Assembly: GCA_964016885.1 (NCBI GenBank)
Contig: OZ024742.1
Span: 139,686,001 to 139,750,000, forward strand
Direction of reading: 5' to 3'
Source of the DNA: Eledone cirrhosa
Lineage: Eukaryota
Length of the DNA: 64,000 bases
Shown here: positions 1 through 10,448 of the stretch, piece after piece
How positions within the stretch are numbered: position 1 is the stretch's first letter
How the letters are laid out: every line of letters starts with the position of its first letter
Made by a program: the position numbers and the translations under genes
Notes under the pieces: model-generated
The model's input: only the letters and a program-made list of their open reading frames with translations
Told to the model about the DNA's origin: nothing
Databases searched by the model: none

Positions 1-984
1 AAAACACGAAGTAACTGAAAAGAGAATTGGATACTACAGCATATACATAGGCGAAAGCGAACTAAAAACAAAAAACACGCATACACACAATTACCTCCTT
101 ATTAATATCAAAATATACTGTTAATCATTGGTCGGTGAGAGGTTAAGTTATATAAACAACATACGGAACAAAGATGAAGAGATACGATCATATCAACTGC
201 CGGAACATACACCCATGCTGTTCTACCAATACACGTATGTATTATTTCTATCTACTTTACATTTTCCACTCTACTTATTAAAACCAGCAAGCTGGCATTA
301 AAACATATGGCTGTAATTTATATAAAAACGATGATCCAGGTCGTCATTTGTAAGGTTTAGTCAGTCTTGTCTCGGGATTCTTCATATTCCACTAATTCAC
401 ACATGTACACCCGTTTACAGTAAATAAGCTATAAAAATATCGAAAGAGTAGGGTAAAAAATCCTTATAATAATCCTGATGTGTAGCGAAATCTACACTAG
501 ATGAGAATTTCCATGATCTGATTGATATACTGACCTATAGCCCTGGCGAATTAAACAATTGTTAAACATTTTCTTTCGTTTTAAATGATGACTGGGTCAA
601 TCAACATACCTCATATATAGCGAAGTCTAGAGTTATCATACACACACTCACTCATTCTCACTAAGACATTCACAAGGTAGTCAGGGATATGTATGTTCTT
701 CTGGCTTTATAATTTTATAGATTTTTACCAATAGAGAGAGAGTCGGTTTCTAACATAGTTACAAGACTCTCTCATTGAAATTTAAACAACATCAACTAGG
801 TAGATGTGTATGCATGTGTGTGTAGGTATGAATGTTAATGTATGTGTGGATGTGGATGTTTTGAGTTATATGTGTGCTTGTGCATATGCTTTGTATCTGT
901 ACATGTGTGTATGCAGTTATTAGATTCAACATTTTTGAAATGTTTTACATATTTTTACTGTTCCATTAATGGATTGTACTTGTA

Positions 985-1295
985 ATTTCCTAACTAGTCG
1001 TGTTCTTTCTGTTTCTGTGAAGCCTAGCTTCTCAAGATTTGTATCGAGGCAGTTACAAACATACCCTAGTGCCCCAATAATCACAGGTATAGTCAGGGTG
1101 GAGTTACTGCAGATTTCTCATTCGTTCTGCATAGATATTCTCCTTTTCGCTGATATTTGATATTATATTGGCATCTGCTGGGCAGCTAACTTCCACCTCT
1201 GTGCATGCCTTCTTTTCCCTGTCCCATATCATTATATCTGGTCTGTTATGTTTGCATTTTATTGGGTTTTTGACTGGAACCAGTACTCCTTCATA
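985..1295 (-). pseudogene. C-terminal restriction-like endonuclease fragment of an R4/Dong-like non-LTR retrotransposon
   Basis: Manual minus-strand translation gives CKHNRPDIMIWDREKKACTEVEVSCPADANI...EKENIY...PVIIGALG, an RLE PD-(D/E)xK-type pattern, with a stop and a frameshift. Confidence 0.7.
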
Positions 1296-1306
1296 TTATG
1301 TATGTA

Positions 1307-1705
1307 CTAGCAGAATGGCCCGGCGCTGCTCGGGATTTTCTCTAGGGTTCTTATATATTTGATATATATTTATCCTTATCAAGCCTCGTGAAATAAATAC
1401 GTTTGTTTATATTTTGTTATTGTGTATGCAAAAATATCTGTAGACAAATATATATATATATATATATATTAAAATAACAGATTAAAGTTTAAGCAAAGAA
1501 TGGCTGCTTTCACCCTTAAGGGGATATTCTGAAACTAAAAAAATCAATCTGTGAACGCAGAAATAATACAACTGGCTATCCGCAAAATACGTATAGTTAG
1601 CACCCCAAACGTATAATTGGGATTATACTAATGTATATCCTAATGTTTGTTGAGTGAGACGGAAGCCGGTCGGAGTATTGCTTAAAACTTTCTCTGTTAA
1701 TGTAT

Positions 1706-1764
<59 letters not shown>

Positions 1765-2068
1765 CATATACACACACACACACATATAGCGTCATAATGT
1801 CGTAATCAGCCAGACATACAAACAGATATTATAAGGGCGCAACGTTATATCTATATCTCTCTAAAAAGAAAGACTAAGAATTATAGAGAGAGATCGCTAA
1901 ATCGCCTAATGCGATCCCTGGGGCATTGAAAATTTGAAATAATTTTTTGCTGAAAAAACTCACAGGACCATAAGTATTACATGTGTAAAGTTTGAAAACA
2001 ATCGGTTGGGTGGTTCTCGAGTTTTAGGGAGTCAGACAGACATACTTTCTCTGTTTTAGATATATAGA
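1307..2068 (-). mobile_element. Non-autonomous Helitron-like element
   Basis: The minus strand starts TCTATATATCTAAAAC at 2068 and ends with a GC hairpin (CCCGAGCAGCGCCGGG) followed by CTAG|T at 1307. These are typical Helitron termini. Confidence 0.7.
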
Positions 2069-2215
2069 CTAGCAGAATGGCCCGGCGTTGCTCCGGATTT
2101 GCTCTAGGGTTCTTATATATTTGAAATATATTTATCCTTATCGAGCCTGGTGAAATAAATACGTTCTTTTATATTTTGTTATTGTGTATGCAAAAATATC
2201 TGTACACGAATATAT
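2069..2215 (-). mobile_element. 3' end of a second Helitron copy, head-to-tail with the first
   Basis: Near-identical to 1307-1450. The minus-strand junction reads CTAG|TC. Confidence 0.7.
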
Positions 2216-2284
2216 AATTATATATATATATATATATACACACAATATATTAACAAATGGAAACTATATTTATAAAACCATATT

Positions 2285-2350
2285 TATTTTATTATACATA
2301 TTTCAAGGGCCACCAAGGCAAATTATGGTGCGCTTTCATCAGATAATATA
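2285..2350 (-). ncRNA. Type I hammerhead ribozyme motif in a PLE pLTR-like fragment (about 2248-2422)
   Basis: Minus strand: TTAT-CTGATGA-stem II-GAA-ATATGTAT-A-ATAA, then AATAAA. Homologous to 40731-40795 and 58213-58278. Confidence 0.65.
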
Positions 2351-2454
2351 CAATACAGATTTGTTTTATAAATAAATATTGACATACCCTGAAAAAAGAC
2401 AACCTTAACGACTGGAGCTTCCTATATATATATATATATATATAATTATATATT

Positions 2455-3085
2455 AAGAAACCAGAGGGGATCACTAATGTAGGCGGGAAGCCGCTAGAAT
2501 TGGTTGAGGACTTCCTGTATTTGGGAGCAAAGATTGGGAATACGAAAGATGATGTGGTTGACAGGAAAAACAAAGCCTGGGCGGCGTGCCACGGCTTGAG
2601 ATCGGTGTGGAAGTCGGACCTTTGTAAAGACCTGAAAATCCGCCTCTTCATTGCTGTAGTGGAGTCTGTGCTGCTGTACGGGTCTGAGACTTGGACACTG
2701 ACCAAGAAACTCACTCAGATGGTGGATAGGTGCTACACGAAAATGCTGAGGATAGCTCTGAACATTAATCAGTATACACTGAGGATGAAAAACTCAGAGC
2801 TGTATGGGAGCCTCCCAAAAGTCAGCTCAAAAGTGACACAGAGCAGACTGAGGTTAGCTGGACATGCTCACCGAAATCCAGAATTGACATTGCACTCAGT
2901 GCTCCTGTGGGAGCCCCTACATGGACACACTGGAAGAGGAAGACCAAGGTTAACGTATGTTGATGCTCTAAGGACAGACACTGGTCTGTAGGAGACGCAG
3001 GACATGGCAGCGATAATGAGGGACAGGGACCGCTGGAGAGAACTCGTCCATGGATCTCGGGAATTTTACCCGCCCTAGATAGATA
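2455..3085 (+). mobile_element. 5'-truncated RTE-clade LINE (RT C-terminus)
   Basis: ORF 2500-2991 has FLYLG, LLYGSETWTLT, RLRLAGH and RGRPRLTY, a premature stop and a TAGA tail. Same family as 47116-49070. Confidence 0.85.
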
Positions 3086-3400
3086 TATATCTAAAACAGA
3101 TAATGTCTGTCTGTCTGTCTGACTCCCTAAAACTCGAGAACCACCCAACCGATTGTTTTCGAACTTTACACATGTAATACTTATGGTCCTGTGAGTGTTT
3201 TGAGCAAAAACTATTTCAAATTTTCAATGCCCTAGTGACCGCATTAGATTTAACGATCTCTCTCTATGATTCTTAGTCTTTCTTTTTAGATAGATACATA
3301 GATATAACGTTGCGCCCTTATAATATCTGCCTGTATGTCTGGCTGTCTGCATTACGACATTATGACGCTATGTGTGTGTGGTTGCGTACGTATATATGTA
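3083..3400 (+). mobile_element. 5' part of the same Helitron family in inverted orientation
   Basis: Reverse complement of about 1780-2066 (TATATCTAAAACAGA..GTCTGTCTGACTCCCTAAAACTCGAG). Confidence 0.65.
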
Positions 3401-3459
3401 TATATAGTGTGTATATATATATAGTGTGTAACGTTTTTCGAAATATTTATTTCTGCGTT

Positions 3460-4765
3460 CACAGGTTGATTTCCCTGGGTGTGAGTTTTTGATTATCATG
3501 CAGGAAGTATGCTTCAAGGAGTTCCTTCCCAACTCTCATGATCTTATCTGTCTCATGCAGATAGACTTTCTCAATAGATGAGCGTTTGGTGGTTCGTAAA
3601 TGTTGTCGGAGGGATATGATGCGACATTCAAATGCTGTCTGGACTGATGTTACCCCTCTGCCTCCCTGCTTACGTTTCAAGTAAAGGCGGTCTATGTCAC
3701 TGTTGATGTTGAAGTTTCCGGTGTTGTTTAGAATTTTTCAAGTTTTAACATCAATAGTTTGGATTTCGTCTATTGTCCAATCGAGTTTTCCAAACGTTGG
3801 TGTTAGGACAGCAAACACATTGTGAGCCATTGTTTTAATGTGCGCAGAGTTCCAATGGCCATATTTTTCTTAATCGGGTGTAATATTCCCTGGTTACGCG
3901 TTCCTTATTACAAATATCATTATTTGGATATATCCTCATCTCTCCCCAGGTATCTGTAACAGTCCTCGTCAGATATCGGTGAAACAGTGAGGCCATTGAT
4001 AAAAATGTTGCTAGATTGTGTTGCAAATTTTCCTCGTTTTACAATCATATATGAACATTTATCTTGGCCAAACTCCATTCCTATATCCTTTGAGAATGTT
4101 GTAACCAGGTCAAGATTTTTCTTCATCCCATTTGTATGTATGTATGTATGTATGTATGTATGTATGTACGTACGTACGTACGTATGTATGCATGCATGCA
4201 TTCATGCATACGTGCTTACATATATATTCTTCTGGTTTCATTATTTTATAGATTTTACCAACAGAGAGCTGGTTTCTAACATAGACACAAGACTAGGGAA
4301 CAGAATTGAATGCTTTCTTCTAGTCCGGCCAGACTAACCATACTCCTTCTAAGTTGTCGCAACTCTGTCATCGTGGTTTTGTTAATTAGTAGTTGTTCAG
4401 CACACACCTAAACAACTCTCTTACCAGCTGCTTGTTTATCTGAGATGATGTTATTATTTTCACAGTGATCTTGAAGAAATTGCTTCAAGGAGGCTGCATT
4501 TAATTATACATTAGGTTCTGGTATGCAATGGATCGACATTTTTCTTAAGTAGGTGTCTTTGTTCTTGGGGACCAATATTGTTTCTGCTAATATTAATATC
4601 AACCACCCTGGTATATATGCATCTCCCTTGAGAGCTTGCTGGTAGACATTGATAAGACACTGCCAATAGAATGTCAATATGTTGTACCAGTAGCCAACCA
4701 TCTTCCTAGTGTTTTCTTATCTTGAGCTTTCCCATCACAGTCTCAAGGGTTTCATCATTGATGCT
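3460..4765 (-). pseudogene. Degraded RT fragments of an R4/Dong-like LINE, interrupted by microsatellites
   Basis: Minus-strand ORFs give ETILVPK, LDLVTTFSKDIGMEFGQDKC, YRYLG and GGRG. Collinear with the RLE fragment at 985-1295. Confidence 0.65.
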
Positions 4766-4811
4766 GTATGTATGTGTGTGTGTATGAGTATGTGTGTGTG
4801 TGTGTATGAGT

Positions 4812-4866
<55 letters not shown>

Positions 4867-5034
4867 ACCTGTAACACCTAGCAGAGTCGTAGACACGCTG
4901 TAGTAACATACGGCGTTTGGGGGGGGGGGGGGGTTAACCTGGCGGAACCCCCCTCTAGACATGTGAGAAGACAGCCGCCAATTTCGTCCAGAGAAGGAGA
5001 GATAATGGTAAAAAGTAAGGGACAAAGAGGAAGA

Positions 5035-5185
5035 ATGGAACCCAGTACCTTTTTTTATCGATCATGAAAATATGAACGGCAATGTTGACTTGGGCGGGAT
5101 TTGAACTCAGAGCACAAATAACCAAAAGGAATAGTGCAAAGTATTCTATCGGATGTTCTGAGGACTGTACCAATTCACCGCCTGC
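5035..5185 (-). mobile_element. tRNA-derived SINE, partial
   Basis: B box GAGTTCAAATCC on the minus strand and the family core (TCGATAAAAAAAGGTAC). Confidence 0.6.
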
Positions 5186-5239
5186 TTTCGGCATATACCT
5201 ACTTATTACTTTCCAGGTTTTTATACCTTCAATATCTCC

Positions 5240-5465
5240 TAATATAATGGTTTCTGATTTAGGCACAAGGCCAGCAATTTGGGGGGAGGGGAAAGGCGAT
5301 TAAATTCACTCCAGTTTGTTACTGGTACTTTATCATATTGACCTCGTAAAGATGAAAGGCAAAGTTAACCTCGGCGGGATTTGAACACAGAACGCAAAGG
5401 GCCGTAAATGTGTGTCGCAAAGCATGTTGTCCGACACCCTACCGATACTGATAATTCACCGCCCT
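5240..5465 (-). mobile_element. tRNA-derived SINE
   Basis: Minus strand: GGCGGTGAATT head, B box, CTTTGCCTTTCATC core and GCTGGCCTTGTGCC..AGAAACCATTAT tail. Confidence 0.7.
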
Positions 5466-5614
5466 TCAATGTCTCCTAATATAAGAAATTATTTGACTAT
5501 CCTTTGTTAATTTTCTATCAATACAAATCTACTTAATTCGTTATCAAAGCAATTACTTGATTATTTCCTGTAATTATGGGTGTATATTTTATTCAGTTCA
5601 CATGATAAACTATA

Positions 5615-5800
5615 TATAATTGTTTCTACTTTTAACACAAGACCAGCAATTATCCCAGGCATTACTGGTACTTTATTTTATCAACCTAGAAAGGATGAAA
5701 GGCAAAGTTGACTTCTGCGGGATTTGAACTCCGAGGGCAGAGAGCAGGAACGAATACCGTAAAGCATTCTATCCGACGTTCTAACGACTCTGTCAATTCG
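5615..5800 (-). mobile_element. tRNA-derived SINE
   Basis: Same family motifs (B box, CTTTGCCTTTCATCC core, AGTAGAAACAATT tail). Confidence 0.65.
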
Positions 5801-5847
5801 AGTATCCATGATTTTGTATTCTGGTCGAACAATTAGGCGTTAGGAAT

Positions 5848-6072
5848 GCGGTATATTGGCAGTATCGGTAGAGCATCGGACAACATACTTTGTGGCATGG
5901 AGTTACAGCACTTTACGTTCTGTGTTTGTTCAAGTCCCGTCGAGGTTTGCTTCAGCTTCCATATTTACGGGGTCTAAAAATAAAATGCCAGTAACGCACT
6001 GGAATAGTTTTAATCGACTTTCCCTTCCTCTCCAACTGCTGGCTTTGTGTCAAAAGTAGCAACAGCTATTAG
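5848..6072 (+). mobile_element. tRNA-derived SINE
   Basis: TGGCAGTATCGG A-box-like head, GTTCAAGTCC B box, family core and tail. Confidence 0.65.
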
Positions 6073-6841
6073 AAGGTAGGGGTAGTCGTCGCCTTATGGG
6101 TACTTTTCTGAACGGTATGGTAAAGTGAGGTCTAGATGAGTGTTGCTGTGTGCAGAGGTGGGAACCTATCTTTAAACACACAACTACACATGCAAACACA
6201 GATATATAGGAGTTATTCAGTATACAGAAAGCAACTAGCTTCGGTTATAGTTATTTTCTGCGTCTGAGTTTCCTATATTTTCTATGAACTTCATAACTCC
6301 TCAGCGTTTCGAAAGTTCGATACTTTGCATACATTTTTTTTTAACATCCAAAAAGCTGTATGATTTAGCTTTCTAATTGAGACAAGGTTTGTTGCCAGGG
6401 CCGTACTTTTGTGCGTATTTACTTGCGTATATATATTTATAATTGCGTATGTGTGTGTAATGCAGCGTTAACTTTTTGTGTATTTAATTAGTTGTGCATG
6501 TCGGGGGAGGGGTGGGGGTGGGGGGGCATCTTATAATGTTTAGTGATGCGAAATCTCATTAAAAACATCCTCTTCTGTCACAAATGACCATCGGCATTGC
6601 ACATAGAAAGCTCCCCTTCGAGGCACAAGCAAGAGTAAGGTATTTGTTTTAGGAATAGGCTACGATTAATTATTAGAGCAATCTGAAAAACATGGAGTTC
6701 GATTCCTCGTAGCAGCTGCTGGACACTTTCTCCATTCAAGTGGAGTATTTTACCTGATATTCTAAGCTATTACGTATAGCAACCAACAGTTATCAAAAAT
6801 ATTTTCCGCTTCTAAGATTCCTCTCTCTCTCTTACTCTCTC

Positions 6842-6872
<31 letters not shown>

Positions 6873-6877
<5 letters not shown>

Positions 6878-6980
6878 AGATTAAAGTTTAAGCAAAGAAT
6901 CACTGCTTTCACCCTTTTACGGAAGATCCCGTAAAAGGGTGAAAGCAGCGATTCTCTGCTTAAACATTAATTTGTACTAA
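6873..6980. repeat. Fold-back inverted repeat next to a (TA)n tract
   Basis: Arms of about 50 bp around GGAAGATCC. The same family occurs at 1470-1565, 28480-28965 and 35380-35470. Confidence 0.85.
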
Positions 6981-7020
6981 TAATAAATAAATATTTTCTC
7001 TACGGGTTATAAATCTCTCT

Positions 7021-7076
<56 letters not shown>

Positions 7077-7200
7077 AATCCTTATCAAACCTTCTTCGGA
7101 TTTTGGTCTTCATAATTTTTATTACTATATATATATATATCATCATCCTCATTTTACGCCCGCTTTTCCCTGCTTGCAAGGGTTGGACATATATATATAT

Positions 7201-7512
7201 ATAAGGAAACGAAATTGAAAATGCTACTGGAGTCTTTTAAGAATATCTATTTATTTACTTTACCCGTTTCACCATTCTTATGATTTTCAAAAGTAAAATT
7301 GAGATGGAGGGTTTGTGTTTCTGTTGTGGTTTTTCTCACGAGACAAACCCTCCACCTCAATTTTACTTATGAAAATCATAAGAACTGTGAAACCGGTAAA
7401 GTAAATAAATAAATATTCTTAAAAGACTACAGTAGCATTTTCAATTTCTTTTCCTTATACTTTCATCCGTGTGGGACATCTCGTTTTTTTAAAAAACCCT
7501 CATTCTCTTACA
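7201..7512. repeat. Fold-back element with HHR-like motifs, between TA tracts
   Basis: Arms at about 7201-7316 and 7342-7459, plus a tail. Diverged relative of 44111-45331 and 54085-54420. Confidence 0.8.
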
Positions 7513-7944
7513 TATATATATCCATAAGTAAAGTCAAAGTCAATATTACGGCATATGTATACACTTTATTGGCATATTACAATCGCTTCTGAATCGATCA
7601 TCTGAGGGTAGAATCATAATGACCGGAGCTCGACTCTTCCTCGACATCTCATCAGATATGCGCGTTTATATGTGCAAAGATACATTCAAATGTGAGCTGA
7701 GCTGATCGATATTGAAACGATTGTATTATGCCAATAACGTTTATATATATGCTGGAATATTAACTTCGAACCTGCTTAATATTATTTACATTCTGCACAA
7801 TACAGCTTTAATTATTCTGTAATGCATCCCATCACGAAACGAACCTTGTAAGCATCGAGTGTTTAGAACGGTGAACTGCATGTAACTGTAGTTGTACACT
7901 TATATAACACATACAGTGTGGGCGGAAGCTACCAAAACACACAC

Positions 7945-8420
7945 TACAACATGGAGCTCTCTTCCAACACCCCTCTCTACATCAATTAACACCAAATTCA
8001 CACCCTCTCTATATAAATTAACACCAAACTCTCCATCTCTATATATCTACTACACGATACTCTCTTCCAATCCCCCTCTCTATACCAATAAACATCAATC
8101 TCTCCCCCTCTCTATATCTAATACACAACACACTCTCCCAACCCCCCCCCCCCTCTCTATATCAATTATTACCAAATTACCCCCCTTTCTATATCTACCA
8201 TACAACACTCTGTCTCATTCTCTCTCACTACCAAACCCTCCCCCTCTCTATATCTACTACACAGAACTCTCTTCCAATCCCTCTCTCTCTCTATATATAT
8301 ATATATACCAATTAACCCACTCTATATCAATTAACTCTATATTAATTAACACCGAGCTCTCCACCTCTCTATATGTACTACACGGAACTCTCTTCCAATC
8401 TCCCTCTCTATATCAATTAC
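7945..8420 (+). repeat. Complex CT-rich minisatellite-like repeat, left part
   Basis: Alternating CCCTCTCTATATCAATTAACACCAAACT and CTCTATATCTACTACACGGAACTCTCTTCCAAT units. It continues at 14096-14565, and an uninterrupted relative lies at 20870-21250 (-). Confidence 0.8.
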
Positions 8421-8624
8421 CACTTGATATAGACGTGATTTACTTTGCTCCGGATTTTTACGGATTGTTGTCAAAAAAACTGTGAGTTGAGTTTATTGCT
8501 CAATTTAATAACATTGTTTAGTTTAACCCCTTGCCTGGGCCGTCAGACGTTGAGTCAACTAATTTTCGCCCCTTTCTGGGGCGAAATTTTCAATTTTCAT
8601 CTAAAAACTGTAGACTTGGTGGCA

Positions 8625-10309
8625 ATGGATGCCATTTCCACCTCGCACACTGTCGTGAGTGCCACTCCCACTAAGAAAAGTGGTGGAGGGAAGGTAGGAG
8701 TACAAAGCTTGCAGCCTTCCCCCCTCGCATCATCGAAAAACGTGAAAAATATCGAAACCACGAAACCAAACCCGGTAAATAATACCAGCACCAACAACAA
8801 GAACAATGACAATAACACCACAACCAACAACTGCAACAATAGCAACACCAATATTACCAACAGTGACAGTAATAAAAAAGACAACAACACCAAAACAACA
8901 TTCGCACAGACTGTAAAAAAAAACGAACTATACACGCCAATAGACATAACAAATGCTAAACAACTATTACAAGACGCAAAACAATTCGTGACTTTTGGCG
9001 AAAACGGTGCTTTTAGCATCAATTCTCCACAGGAATTACGTAGAGAGGCTGTCCTGAAAACTGTGGTTTTCAGGACAATATCGAACGAAACAAGAAAACC
9101 AGCTCAATTATCACAAAATGAAATTGAGCTGGTTCTAAAAGATGCAATGAAGGACTTAACCTTCATACAAAAAGGTAAACTGTTTGGTAGCATTTCGGTG
9201 CTAATGAACAACCATTCAACAGCTCAAAAGTACTCGGTAGCACCCATTGTGTCCTCCCGCTTCACCTTTTTCCCCACATACAGGGGAAAAAGGACACAAA
9301 GAATAAAAATAATGAGTATCACACCAAATGTAAATATTTGGTGGATACTATGTGGAATAATTAACTTTGACGAAGACAAGATAATTTCAATAGGAAAATC
9401 CTCCGGAGGTGTATTTGGTGGGACCACCGTAGAAGTTCTGGTGCAAATGAGCCCAGAACGAATAGCGAATATCCCACAACGCGTGCCTCTGGACGGGCTA
9501 ACTTATATAAACATTTCAGTGGAGGGAAGGCGGCCGTCATGTTACCACTGCTTAAGCAGGGGTCACCTGAGGGCTGCCTGTCCTCAATTAACGAGTAAAA
9601 AAAAAAGGTTCTTCTGCCAACCCCGAACACAACACCACCACCACCACAACAACAACAACAACCACAACAACACGGAAAAATAACAACACAAAACACTGTT
9701 CCACCCAACCCCTCCCCACCTAAAACAAATACAAAAGCAACCACAACAAAACCCCAAAATATACCCCTCCCCAACAACACGGAAGAGGACTCCGTATCAA
9801 CGTCACCCAGTGACGACGAGGGAGAACCCTTTCAACAGGTGAAAAAGAAGAAAAAAAGGCACCACATTAACAAAAATGTCACAAACACACAACCACCAGC
9901 ACAAACAGAACAAACATCACAAATAAAAAAACCCACCCCTCCCCAAAACATAACACGTACTACAAAACGCAAACACGCACAAGAACAACAAACAAAAACA
10001 AACACAACACAACAAAAACTCTATACATACATTAACAAGAACAATAAAACGTTGATGAAAGCGATAGAAAATAACCCTTCGGTGGAAACCGAAGGGATCA
10101 CTTTCACCTACGCAGCGAACAAACCGTACCTAATGATGATTAGGGTCCCAACCTATGTAACTTTGAAAAAGAACCATCCAATGCATGTGGGGACCAACTG
10201 CACCAAACCACATAACAGCGTCCTATTGAGATGTTTCCCCACCCCCACACCAGACACCCACACCAGACACCCACACCCCACCAAACACCCTAATCCCACC
10301 ACACACTGA
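8625..10309 (+). pseudogene. Tx1 ORF1p (gag-like zinc-knuckle protein), frameshifted in an A-run near 9600
   Basis: GRRPSCYHCLSRGHLRAACP fits CX2CX4HX4C. ORFs 8445-9683 and 9839-10309 join across the homopolymer. Confidence 0.8.
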
Positions 10310-10448
10310 TGTCCTCACCCCACCACAAACCACCACCCCACCAAACAACCCTTCCAACACCCCCATGGAAATTGTGCAGCCTGGTCCCCAGGAGACGAAG
10401 AGGTAAGTAATTTCCTTTCCTCTTCCTTTTTACCCCTTCAGCACCAAC

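Noticed and set aside
6255-6320. CTGAGGA...GAAAC on the minus strand
   Set aside because: No convincing stem I or UH cleavage site. Likely chance.
7892-8485. 197-aa S/L/P/Y-rich ORF (and ORF 14131-14517)
   Set aside because: Translation of the CT-rich minisatellite.
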